The notes beneath the pieces are model-generated. The model did no database searches, had not been told where the DNA came from, and was given only the letters and a program-made list of their open reading frames with translations. A stretch of DNA of 50,829 nucleotides from Bacteroidales bacterium (GTDB lineage Bacteria; Bacteroidota; Bacteroidia; Bacteroidales; JAGOPY01). Below, piece by piece: positions 28,802-38,092 of the stretch. The translations under genes were made by a program, and so were the position numbers. The first letter of the stretch is position 1, and each line of letters starts with the position of its first letter. Where the stretch lies: contig JAHYJL010000003.1 of the NCBI GenBank assembly GCA_019429045.1, positions 1 through 50,829 of the forward strand. Direction: 5' to 3'.

Positions 28802-31291
28802 ATGAAACTGCTCAATCCCTGTCATATGCAACTACATCTATTAATGTCGCACATTTTCCGGATGATTAAATTACCGGGACTGGTTTTGCTGGTATTTCTG
28901 ATTACTTTCATTACGCATGCACAAAAGCGTGCAGATGCCGATCTGCAAATCATCGACATTCAGATGAAGCCTGAAAACCTGGCCAAGCTAAGTGATACGA
29001 TGACCGTTAAGTTCAACCTGATGAGACCGGGAGGGACTGAAGATGCAGACAGAATTCTGGAATTGTCACCAGGGGATTCCATGAGGGTTTCTGTGAAGGA
29101 ATTCCTCGGCAGAAAGGAGGAGAGGATAAAACCCGTATTTATCCCGGGCAGCCTGAAAAAGTTAAGGGATCATGGTAAAATGAGATCTGAAATCCCGGAA
29201 GACTATTACATTTCATTGCTGATTGACAAAAGCGGTTCTATCAATCAGCATGACATGGATAAAATAAAATCGGCTATTTATGAGCTGGCCGGGATGGTTA
29301 AAACCGGCAATTTATTTTATTCCTGGTTTGATGAAGATATTTCCGAAAGCAGGGTGGTTACCCAGGCCAACATAAACGATCTCGATTTCCATGTTTCCAG
29401 CACCGGCAGTTCCTGCATGTACAATGCCATTTTCACGAAAATGATGGAATTTGATTCCACGAAAGATGTGCCCAATCTTCAGTATGAGGGGGCTTACAGG
29501 CGAAACAGGGCTGTTGAGATGGCGCCGGATGGTAATAAATTCCTGGTTATCATTACAGATGGCCGTAATGACATACAACAGAACCCAAAATATCACAACA
29601 CCCTGTTCAGGGTCATCCGCGAACCGGAACTCATCAATACCGCCGAATTATACAGAAACAAATTATTCATTTACGCTATCAGTTTCGGCGGGGAATTGCT
29701 GGATGAAGCTTTCCTGGAGATGATAACGGCCGCCAGCGGCAATCGTTATGGCAATATACTGACCAGTCCCGACAATATTCTGGAGGACTTTAACAGCCTT
29801 GGTAAAAAAATCGCGGAGGAAAAATGGGACTATGAAATTCGTTTAAGGTATGAAAATCCAAAAAAATACAGGGGAGAGACACGTACCCTGCATTTAGAAA
29901 TCAACTCCTATAAACCGGATCTCTTCGTTGCATACGGTCAGGCAACCTATGGGGAAGGTTACGGCAACTCCCTTTACCCGATGACCATTGGTGAGCCAAA
30001 ACGCCAGGTCATGGTCATGCTCGGAGGCCTTGTCGCAGGGATCATCATCTTTCTGCTGGTGATGTTCATTATACAATTGATCATCCCTTTGATCAAGAAT
30101 AAGATATTTGTCATAAAATATGTCAAGAGATATAAACCACGGGAGCACGAATTATTCAAAGAATGCCAGTTTTGCGGAGATCCGCTGAATCCCGGCGACA
30201 AGGTGGTGGTCAAATGCAAGCATGTCGTTCACCATTTATGCTGGAAAGAATATGGACATATGTGCCCGGAATATGGGCAAAATTGCAACGATGGCCAGGA
30301 AAATTTCTTTGACATTACAGATCCCTTCTCCAAAAAGAATAAGATCTATTACCTGAGCTGGGTGCTATATGGCATGCTGGGCGGTTTCCTGTCCTGGTTG
30401 CTATATGTGGCACTGATCAAGTGGGAACAGGTCTTTGCATTCAGCATATGGCTAACCGAGTGGATCAGGCCAACCATTACAGAAAGCAACCTCGGTTCTT
30501 TCAAGTTTAAGATAGCGCCATTCCTGATCGTGGGCACGCTGATGGGATTCTTTCTTACCGCGTTCTTCTCCTTTGTGGAGGAATACCGCCATAAAAACCT
30601 GATGATTTACGGCAAGATACTGCTCAGAAGTATCCTGGGCGGGGTTGCCGGATTTGTCGCGTTTCTATTGGGAAGCATTATCCTGATCCTGATCAACAGG
30701 CCCGCTACAGTCTATTTCGATTGGATCCCGTGGATATTCTTCGGAGCCGCCATTGGCCTGGTCATGTCCATTAAAACCACTATTGTCTGGAAGCACGGGC
30801 TTATCGGCGGATTGATCTCCATCATCTTTTGTTTTATCGTTATTTATGCCTTTATCGGGGAGCTTGAGGAAAATGCCATCCTGGTAGGTATTATGATATA
30901 CGCGGCAGGATTAGGTGTATCGATTGCCACCATCAGGCTGCAGTCAGAGCACTTCTTCCTGAAGATACTGCAGGGGAAAAAGAATCAGGATATCATCCCG
31001 GTCCATAAGTGGATGAGTTCCTCCGGAGGCCATAATGAAGTGTATCTGGGCAGAAGTTTCGCCTGCGAGATTCAGATGAACTGGGAAAAAAACAATGAAG
31101 AGATCGCACAAAAGCATTCCAAGATGTATATCAATACCAGGGGGGTGCCGGTTATCACCAACCTGGAAATCGGCAAGACAACCAATTTCAACGAACGGTT
31201 TGATCTGGATACCGGAAAAGAATACGAGCTTTACAATGGCGTGAGGTTTAAAATCGGACAAACTGTATTTCAATATATTGAGACAGATTAG
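28802..31291 (+). CDS. vWA - TM - RING finger - multi-TM - FHA-like protein (candidate membrane E3 ligase)
   Basis: MIDAS DKSGS and IITDG; RING-like CQFC-x13-CKHVVHHLCW-x6-CP-x5-C (30164-30286); several TM helices; C-terminal LGRS...H...ELYNGVRFKIG. Start may be 28862. Confidence 0.82.
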   Translation: MKLLNPCHMQLHLLMSHIFRMIKLPGLVLLVFLITFITHAQKRADADLQIIDIQMKPENLAKLSDTMTVKFNLMRPGGTEDADRILELSPGDSMRVSVKEFLGRKEERIKPVFIPGSLKKLRDHGKMRSEIPEDYYISLLIDKSGSINQHDMDKIKSAIYELAGMVKTGNLFYSWFDEDISESRVVTQANINDLDFHVSSTGSSCMYNAIFTKMMEFDSTKDVPNLQYEGAYRRNRAVEMAPDGNKFLVIITDGRNDIQQNPKYHNTLFRVIREPELINTAELYRNKLFIYAISFGGELLDEAFLEMITAASGNRYGNILTSPDNILEDFNSLGKKIAEEKWDYEIRLRYENPKKYRGETRTLHLEINSYKPDLFVAYGQATYGEGYGNSLYPMTIGEPKRQVMVMLGGLVAGIIIFLLVMFIIQLIIPLIKNKIFVIKYVKRYKPREHELFKECQFCGDPLNPGDKVVVKCKHVVHHLCWKEYGHMCPEYGQNCNDGQENFFDITDPFSKKNKIYYLSWVLYGMLGGFLSWLLYVALIKWEQVFAFSIWLTEWIRPTITESNLGSFKFKIAPFLIVGTLMGFFLTAFFSFVEEYRHKNLMIYGKILLRSILGGVAGFVAFLLGSIILILINRPATVYFDWIPWIFFGAAIGLVMSIKTTIVWKHGLIGGLISIIFCFIVIYAFIGELEENAILVGIMIYAAGLGVSIATIRLQSEHFFLKILQGKKNQDIIPVHKWMSSSGGHNEVYLGRSFACEIQMNWEKNNEEIAQKHSKMYINTRGVPVITNLEIGKTTNFNERFDLDTGKEYELYNGVRFKIGQTVFQYIETD

Positions 31292-31312
31292 CATTTAAAA
31301 TATCATCTTCAA

Positions 31313-32170
31313 ATGAGAAAAGCATTCATAACATCGCTCCTGACGATTGTCGTCACCCTCGGTCTTTCGGCTTCCGACCTGAAAGGTTACCCCAGGAAAT
31401 CCCTGTTTGTGAACCTGTCAGCTGATTATTCACGGTTGTATAATAAAACGATTTATAACGACTCGCCATGGAACGCCCAGGGGGGGCTTGGTTACAGTTT
31501 CGAAGCAGGGTACCTGATGCGGTTGCGAAAATCAGTGAGCCTCGGTTTCGGCGCAGGCCTGAGTTCATACTACAGTGAAATCAAGATGGATTCATATCAA
31601 ACAACATATCCAACTCTTGATGTTGACGGGGATAGTTATACCGAGTTCATCCAGGCAAATGGATTGGTGGAATCAACCCGGATCACCACATTAGACATAC
31701 CGGTATTTCTTGAACTTGGCAATGCCAACACCAGCAAGGTCAGCTATTATGTCAGGCTTGGAGTAAAGATATCAACGCCTGTCGCGTATAATTTCACTCA
31801 TTCAGGCAGCATGTCGGTCAGTGGAAACTACGCGCAATATTTTGTCCGGCTGGAAGGCATCCCGGAGCTGGGTTTTGTCGATAATGCCCCGGTAATCAAA
31901 TCATCGGAATATGATCTCAACCCGGTGAACCTCTCGGTATTGTTGGCCGGCGGCATCACCATTCCTGTTTCGGATTACATCATATTCAAGCTGGGGGCCG
32001 ATCTCAACTATGGCCTTATGAATATTTCATCTTATGAGCAGGAAGTGTCAAAGGATCCCGGTTTTATCAATATTTACAATAACCTGCTGACAGAGCCGAA
32101 CAGTAAAACAATCTGGCAGTCTGTAGGGTTTGAATTCGGGATCATATACATCCTGAAATCCATTTATTGA
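31313..32170 (+). CDS. outer-membrane beta-barrel protein (PorT/OMP_b-brl-like)
   Basis: Signal peptide, LDIPVFLE, DLNYGLMNI, terminal SVGFEFGIIY strand. Confidence 0.75.
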   Translation: MRKAFITSLLTIVVTLGLSASDLKGYPRKSLFVNLSADYSRLYNKTIYNDSPWNAQGGLGYSFEAGYLMRLRKSVSLGFGAGLSSYYSEIKMDSYQTTYPTLDVDGDSYTEFIQANGLVESTRITTLDIPVFLELGNANTSKVSYYVRLGVKISTPVAYNFTHSGSMSVSGNYAQYFVRLEGIPELGFVDNAPVIKSSEYDLNPVNLSVLLAGGITIPVSDYIIFKLGADLNYGLMNISSYEQEVSKDPGFINIYNNLLTEPNSKTIWQSVGFEFGIIYILKSIY

Positions 32171-32196
32171 GAAAAATATTTAAGGTTTTTATCTGA

Positions 32197-33402
32197 ATGA
32201 AGGGAATATCTATCGGCAATCGAAACAGGAAATGGGGAGAGGAGGTCTTTTCCCTTTTGTCATGGTTTGATGAAACAAAGGTCAGAAATGCCAGTGTTAT
32301 GGTCGTTGGTGCCGGCGCATTGGGTAATGAGGTCATTAAAAACCTGGCGCTGTTTGGCATTGGCAATATCCTGATCGTCGACTTTGATACCGTAGAACAC
32401 AGCAACCTTTGCCGGTCGGTATTGTTCCGTCCCGAGGATGCCGAAGGCAATGCCATGAAAGCGGAAGTGGCCGCCAAAAGGATCAGCGAGATCAATCCAT
32501 ATATAAACGTAAGTTACATTGCCGGGGATATCGGCACCGATGTGGGCCTGGGCCATATCCGGAAAATGGATCTTGTCATCGGCTGCCTCGACAGCCGGCT
32601 GGCGCGTTACCTGATCAACCGGAGCTGCTTCAGGGCCAATAAAACATGGATAGACGGAGGTATTGAAAACCTGGAAGGCAACGTGAGGATATTCACGCCC
32701 GGGGTCAATTGTTATGAATGCAGCCTGAACGAAGCCGACCTTGAAATGCTGTTTTACCGGACAGGATGTCCTGACATAGCCAAAATAAATGTGGTCCAGG
32801 GAAGGATTGCCACCACGCCTATCAGCTCATCCATCATCGGCGCCATACAAACGCAGGAGGCGTTGAAATTCATCCACGGTTTCAATGAAAATTCGGAGAA
32901 ATTCAAATGCAATACCCTGAACGGAAAAATGCTCAAATATGACGGCATGTACCTGACCCTGAAAAGCTACAGGCTGGAAAATTACGAAGAAGATTGCATG
33001 AGCCACGAAGTCTGGGAACCTGTAGTGAGAGGGGAAGGATTAAGCGCCGGTATGACCATCGCACAAGCCCTTGAAACCCTGAAGGGTTTGCTCGGATGCG
33101 ACGACGTTACTATTAACCTGATGAATAACAAGCTGATATATCAGCTTGTCCCGGAATCGACCGATGAGGAGATCAATGTGATCCTGCCCGAATCCAAAGT
33201 GTCTGCGTATATAGAAGAAAACAACATAACCAAAGATCCCAGGGAAAGAGTCTTTCAAAGATTTTACGAAAGCATTGATGCTGATTTCCCGTATCCGCAC
33301 CTGACACTCAGGGAAATTGGTATACCTTATTTTGACGTCCTGAACATAACGGCAGGATCCGAAGTGCAATATGTTGAACTTTCAGGCGATGAAACCCACT
33401 AA
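32197..33402 (+). CDS. ThiF/MoeB-family E1-like ubiquitin-activating enzyme
   Basis: VVGAGALGNE, DFDTVEHSNLCRSVLF, KAE, GCLDSRLAR, CYEC, candidate catalytic Cys191 (RTGCP), C-terminal extension. Confidence 0.92.
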   Translation: MKGISIGNRNRKWGEEVFSLLSWFDETKVRNASVMVVGAGALGNEVIKNLALFGIGNILIVDFDTVEHSNLCRSVLFRPEDAEGNAMKAEVAAKRISEINPYINVSYIAGDIGTDVGLGHIRKMDLVIGCLDSRLARYLINRSCFRANKTWIDGGIENLEGNVRIFTPGVNCYECSLNEADLEMLFYRTGCPDIAKINVVQGRIATTPISSSIIGAIQTQEALKFIHGFNENSEKFKCNTLNGKMLKYDGMYLTLKSYRLENYEEDCMSHEVWEPVVRGEGLSAGMTIAQALETLKGLLGCDDVTINLMNNKLIYQLVPESTDEEINVILPESKVSAYIEENNITKDPRERVFQRFYESIDADFPYPHLTLREIGIPYFDVLNITAGSEVQYVELSGDETH

Positions 33403-34324
33403 GAACCTGGCTAAATCGATAAAAGCGAACATCTCCGACATCAAGGCGGAGGTGATCATGGCCGACCTGGCCGACCGGGGGATGGATGCTGATAAAATGC
33501 TGGTTGCTTGCAAAGGGCTGTTCAGAAGGAATTATGAAAAAGATGTGGCCAATGTTCAATTTGACCAGGTCATAGATTATTTGGTCTTCCAGCTTTCCCG
33601 CGACGGGCTATATGATTTACTGCCTGAAGGGCTTTTTCATGAGATGTGCATTTTCAGCAGCCTGGGTTCGGAAGAGCGAAGAAAGCAGTTTGCAAGGCAA
33701 AAGCAGGAAGAGGCGAATGCCAGGAAGTTCTTTTTGCCCTATGAAAATGAATTCTTACAGCAACGGGTCAGAATTGAGCAGGAGATTATCCGTCTGCACA
33801 AAGATCCGCTCGGTGCATTTAAAAGTCTGTTTTCAAGAAAAAGTATTTTCCCCGATGATTATCACCGGAGGTTCCTGAAATTCTATGCTTTTTCAGGCGA
33901 AATCAAGGGTAATATTGAACTGACAGCCGCTGCTCTCTCAGAAATACTTGAAAAAGAAGTAGTTGCCAGAAGCTATTACAGTGATTTGAGAATTGATTGT
34001 CCGGATGACAAAGGCTCGAATATACTGGGTGAAAATTTTATCAGCAGTGAAGGGTTCATTGAAAACCAGCTTTACTGGGAATTTACCATCGTCATTGACG
34101 AGAATGCTGAAATAGACCGGTATGCCGCCATGGATAAAGGTTTCATACAAGCCCTGGTCACCAGGTTTTATGACACATATGTTCCTTTTGAGATAGAAAC
34201 AGTGACGAAATTCGACTGCCGGGCAGCACAGCCCTTCATGCTTGGCGAAAGATCATCACTCCCCGCCGGAAGCCTGCAGGATCAATTACAGGAATGTTAC
34301 CTTGGCTACAATGTTACACTATAA
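33389..34324 (+). CDS. tssG: T6SS baseplate subunit TssG
   Basis: LSRDGLYDLLPEGLFH, EEANARKFFLPYENEF. Start overlaps the E1 stop (ATG 33389, or 33371). Confidence 0.88.
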   Translation: MKPTKNLAKSIKANISDIKAEVIMADLADRGMDADKMLVACKGLFRRNYEKDVANVQFDQVIDYLVFQLSRDGLYDLLPEGLFHEMCIFSSLGSEERRKQFARQKQEEANARKFFLPYENEFLQQRVRIEQEIIRLHKDPLGAFKSLFSRKSIFPDDYHRRFLKFYAFSGEIKGNIELTAAALSEILEKEVVARSYYSDLRIDCPDDKGSNILGENFISSEGFIENQLYWEFTIVIDENAEIDRYAAMDKGFIQALVTRFYDTYVPFEIETVTKFDCRAAQPFMLGERSSLPAGSLQDQLQECYLGYNVTL

Positions 34325-34363
34325 GACAGCATATAATCATTCAACAACAGAAAATACCCTGCC

Positions 34364-35449
34364 ATGAGAGAAAAAAATGAATACAAGCAAATAAACTGGA
34401 CTGACGGGATGAAGATCAACAAGGATCATTTTATCGGCCTGGAAAACTATTTCACCCAATGTGATGCGGAGATCAGAAGGATGAACATCGATCAATACAG
34501 CTATGGATTGCTCCCATTGACCGATAAAAATGACACGAACCTTGAATTCGAGCTAATGACGGATGATCAGAATCATCTGAAGGTAAAACTCAAGAAATGC
34601 CAGGCCATAGACCCGCAGGGGTACCGGATTGACATTTCAGGCGAAAGCCTGGAGGCAACCTTCAGTTTATCTCAATTCCAGGAAAGCTCATTTTACCTGG
34701 CCATATCAGCAGATCCTTTTACAAGGGTGGCCCACGGGCAGGCCGATGCCGGGGAAAGCCAGCTCCGACAACCTTTCGTGGTACCGGAATATAAATTGCA
34801 CCTTGCACCGTCAACCATGAATATTTCATCCGCTTTCGGGAATACCATCATGCCGCTGGGCAAGATTATGATCATAAACAACCGGCCCGAAACTGACCGG
34901 AACTACATTCCACCCTGTATGTCGGTCAACAGCCACCCTGAAATGATCAGATTTTTCGATTCCGTTCATCAAAACATCATCGCACTGGAAAGAAATATCG
35001 TAGAGCTCATTTCCGAAATCAATCTCAAAACGACTTCCAATGCCCTGATCAACATTATCCTGCACATTGCCGGGAGCGTACTGCATCATTTGAATGGCAA
35101 GATAACAGAATACAGATGGTTCACCGCCACCAGGCCGCCCATCATACTTATATCCAATATTATCAGCCTGGCGCGCACGGTCAGAAATGCCTTCGACACC
35201 CGGATACCTGAGGAACGGGAAAGATTGCTGAATTACCTTTCGGACCATTTCGACATCAATCCCGCCAAGTTCAAACAATTGCTGGATGTGACCATCGGCA
35301 TCGATTATCAGCACAATGATATCAGGGAATCGCTGGTGAAAGCAGAAGACTTTATCACTGTATTTTCACAACTGATCAACGAATTAAAGAAGATGGAATT
35401 CATTGTTGGTGAGCCAAGGAAGAAACGCATTGATATCATTATCCGCTGA
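34364..35449 (+). CDS. tssK: T6SS baseplate subunit TssK (subtype iii)
   Basis: INWTDGMKINKDHF, YGLLP, CQAI...GYRIDI, YIPPCMSV.SHP, Y.HNDI. Confidence 0.88.
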   Translation: MREKNEYKQINWTDGMKINKDHFIGLENYFTQCDAEIRRMNIDQYSYGLLPLTDKNDTNLEFELMTDDQNHLKVKLKKCQAIDPQGYRIDISGESLEATFSLSQFQESSFYLAISADPFTRVAHGQADAGESQLRQPFVVPEYKLHLAPSTMNISSAFGNTIMPLGKIMIINNRPETDRNYIPPCMSVNSHPEMIRFFDSVHQNIIALERNIVELISEINLKTTSNALINIILHIAGSVLHHLNGKITEYRWFTATRPPIILISNIISLARTVRNAFDTRIPEERERLLNYLSDHFDINPAKFKQLLDVTIGIDYQHNDIRESLVKAEDFITVFSQLINELKKMEFIVGEPRKKRIDIIIR

Positions 35450-35928
35450 TGAGCTTCAAAAATTACAAAATACCGCTCGATTTCAGCGAGATCATGGATG
35501 CCGGCAGGGCTGAACAGGATCACAGACGGTCTGCACATCTGTCGATTAAAAGAACTGACTCCCTGAAAAAGTCAATTGATGAAAATATAGAACTTGTATT
35601 GACGACACACCACGGGGAGCACAAGCACAATAAGGATTACGGTTTTATTTTATGGGAGCGCGAATTTGAAAATATTGAGATTGAGAAATTCAACACCCAT
35701 AACAACCCGAAGCAGGGCATAGAACTGATGTTACGAAAGGCGCTGACCAAATACGAGCCCCGCCTGAAAAATATCAATGTCGAGATCCTGTTCATTTACA
35801 AGAAAACCTTCAAAGGCAAGCGCATCAAATATTTTGTGGAACTTACCGTAAAGGGGGCCATTGCGAACAAGCTGGAGGAACCTTACGAAAAATCATTTCA
35901 GTTCACCATGGGGCCTTTATTAAAGTAG
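35449..35928 (+). CDS. tssE: T6SS baseplate gp25-like subunit TssE
   Basis: YKIPLDF, SIDENIELVLTT..GE...YG..LWE, YEPRLKNI; TGATG stop/start overlap with tssK. Confidence 0.88.
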   Translation: MSFKNYKIPLDFSEIMDAGRAEQDHRRSAHLSIKRTDSLKKSIDENIELVLTTHHGEHKHNKDYGFILWEREFENIEIEKFNTHNNPKQGIELMLRKALTKYEPRLKNINVEILFIYKKTFKGKRIKYFVELTVKGAIANKLEEPYEKSFQFTMGPLLK

Positions 35929-35955
35929 TAACAGGGAAGATCAATAAAGATTGTA

Positions 35956-37803
35956 ATGGAAAACAGGAACGATATAAAAAAGAGGATGATGGCGGTTGCC
36001 GCTAAAACATGGGGGTTGAGCAGCCGGGAGATGGAATCCATCGATCCGCTGATACCGCTGCTAATTGAGGCCAACGCCGCCGAACTGGAAAAGGTTTCCG
36101 GCTCCGTAGATGAGGCGGGGCAGCGCATGGCGGCGAAGCTGATGGAGATGCTGACCCCGGAAAACCTGCTCAACCCGGCGCCGGCCATGGGAATCCTGCA
36201 GGCGCTTCCGTTTGATCCCACGGGAAGTATCGATGAAGACAACCAATTTTACTATTTCAAAAGAAATCCTTTTGAAGATGGCGAAGCAGACCTCGAGATA
36301 TTTTTTACACCTGTAGCCGAACACAGGCTTTTCAACGGAAAAGTCGATTTCATCGCATCCGGGAATACTTTGTCGCGCACCGAGGAGATGGGGGAAAAAA
36401 GAGTGGTGGCGAAAAACGCTTACGGCAGGAATTTGTCGAATGAACTCTGGATCGGGGTCAGCCTTCATAAGTCGGTACGTTCTCCCGAAGGATTGTCTTT
36501 TTACTTTGAAACCGAAAACCTGAGCGACAGCGAGGAGCGGGTCTTTTACCAGGCGCTGCAAAAAGCGCAGTGGGAAATAAATGGCACTGCCATTGAAACG
36601 AAGCCGGGATACTATGATAAGGATAGCACGCTCCGGGGCAGGAAAATCACTTTTCCGCACACCGATTTCAACCGGTCGCACACCGTTTCACAACATGTGC
36701 TGGATTTTTACAGGAAACACTTCGTTTCGGTGGCCAATAATCCATGGGATTCAATCATCAGCCAGGACGCCTATCTCAAGTATCCGGACGAATTCCAGAA
36801 AATATTCCATCCGGATGATCTCAAACCACTTACCAACAGGTTATTGTGGTTCAAAATCCGGTTCCTGCCGCATATCCCCGGGCATATCCCCGACCGGGTC
36901 CGTTGCAGCATCAACTGTTTCCCTGTCATAAACCGCCGTAAGGAGAAGTCGGTCATTTCAGGCCTGGACCGGATCAAGGAACTCCGGCTGAATCCATACG
37001 AAGTTTTCTTTGATTTAGCTGAAATACACTGCGACAGTAAACTACAGGTGATTGTCGGCGACCAGCTTCCTGCAGATATGGAGGGCAAAGCGCTGCTGAC
37101 CCTTCGAAAGGACAACATCGGCAGGTTCAACACCACGAACGCGGTGGAAAAAATCCAGCAGATGATCGATGCCTACCGGAATGATTATCCCGCTTTTGCA
37201 AAGATAAAGGGGATTGACCACGAGACCATCGACAAGCTTTACGACGCCATCAAACCATTTGAGCATGCCACCGATCACCTGCAGGATTTTGCCTCGGGCA
37301 CCACTCCTTACCTGATGTTGCGGACAGATGCCGGCAAAGAAAGTGCGGAGGTGGAGGTCAGTTACTACCTTACCTGTGGCAGCCTGGGCAACGGGATCAT
37401 GAAGGGGATGCATATTAATTACGAAAGCGCAGAATTGCTCAGGGACAGGATCCTTTTAATGACCACCACGATGGGCGGAACCGACCGGAAAAAAGACGAG
37501 GAGCTGATCCGCAGTTTCCGGTATGCTTTGCTGACCAGGGGGAAGATCGTCACAATGGAAGATATCAGGGCCCTGACCGAGGCGCAGTTTGGACGCTTTG
37601 CCGAATCCATCGATGTGAAAAAAGGAGCCGCCATGTCGCCCGACTATGGTTCCGGGCTGCAGCGCGTCATCGAGATAACGGTCAGGTTAAAAAGGGACAG
37701 TCAGCTCACGCCGGAAGAAATCAAATACCTGAAGGATGACCTGGAGCAGCAACTGGTGGAAAGATCCACGAACGTGATGCCGTTCAGGGTGGTTTGCAGT
37801 TGA
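35956..37803 (+). CDS. tssF: T6SS baseplate subunit TssF
   Basis: IKKRMM..AAKTWG, DPLIPLLIEA, LTPE...PA..IL.A.P, INCFPVINR, YALLTRGKIVT.EDI. Confidence 0.9.
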   Translation: MENRNDIKKRMMAVAAKTWGLSSREMESIDPLIPLLIEANAAELEKVSGSVDEAGQRMAAKLMEMLTPENLLNPAPAMGILQALPFDPTGSIDEDNQFYYFKRNPFEDGEADLEIFFTPVAEHRLFNGKVDFIASGNTLSRTEEMGEKRVVAKNAYGRNLSNELWIGVSLHKSVRSPEGLSFYFETENLSDSEERVFYQALQKAQWEINGTAIETKPGYYDKDSTLRGRKITFPHTDFNRSHTVSQHVLDFYRKHFVSVANNPWDSIISQDAYLKYPDEFQKIFHPDDLKPLTNRLLWFKIRFLPHIPGHIPDRVRCSINCFPVINRRKEKSVISGLDRIKELRLNPYEVFFDLAEIHCDSKLQVIVGDQLPADMEGKALLTLRKDNIGRFNTTNAVEKIQQMIDAYRNDYPAFAKIKGIDHETIDKLYDAIKPFEHATDHLQDFASGTTPYLMLRTDAGKESAEVEVSYYLTCGSLGNGIMKGMHINYESAELLRDRILLMTTTMGGTDRKKDEELIRSFRYALLTRGKIVTMEDIRALTEAQFGRFAESIDVKKGAAMSPDYGSGLQRVIEITVRLKRDSQLTPEEIKYLKDDLEQQLVERSTNVMPFRVVCS

Positions 37804-37845
37804 TTTTGAAGGGTTTATTTTATATCTTTGTAAAAAGCGACAGCC

Positions 37846-38052
37846 ATGGACATCCACGAAAAGAAAGTAGAGATCATCCAGCATATCATCATGATCCAGA
37901 ATCCGGATACTCTGATAAAGATTGACCGGTTCATTCACGGATTGGATTATGAGGAGGAAGAAGAAAGGTCAGAACCCTCCTCAAATAAAGGCCCCAGCCG
38001 TGCCAATGTGATCGGAAGTAAGATCAAGGGGATGCTGAATATGTACAGGTGA
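37846..38052 (+). CDS. small hypothetical protein (N-terminus resembles addiction-module components)
   Basis: 68 aa ORF MDIHEKKVEIIQHI... preceded by its own TATCTTTG element (37823-37830). Confidence 0.55.
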   Translation: MDIHEKKVEIIQHIIMIQNPDTLIKIDRFIHGLDYEEEEERSEPSSNKGPSRANVIGSKIKGMLNMYR

Positions 38053-38092
38053 GTGCATACTGATAATTTGAGAAGATCTGATTACAACAAAC

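Noticed and set aside
32197-33402. MoeB/ThiF for molybdopterin or thiamine synthesis, given the Mo/W transporter in the window
   Set aside because: No moaD/moaE/thiS/thiG neighbours and no rhodanese domain; it is co-located with E2, RING, JAB and Ubl genes instead.
23295-33402. CBASS or a standard Bil defence operon
   Set aside because: No CD-NTase or CBASS effector is present, and the JAB and RING proteins are large membrane proteins embedded in a T6SS operon. A defence role cannot be excluded.
16930-37803. Prophage tail or extracellular contractile injection system
   Set aside because: No capsid, terminase, integrase, lysis or tape-measure genes; ClpV, TssK and split TssB/TssC indicate a T6SS.
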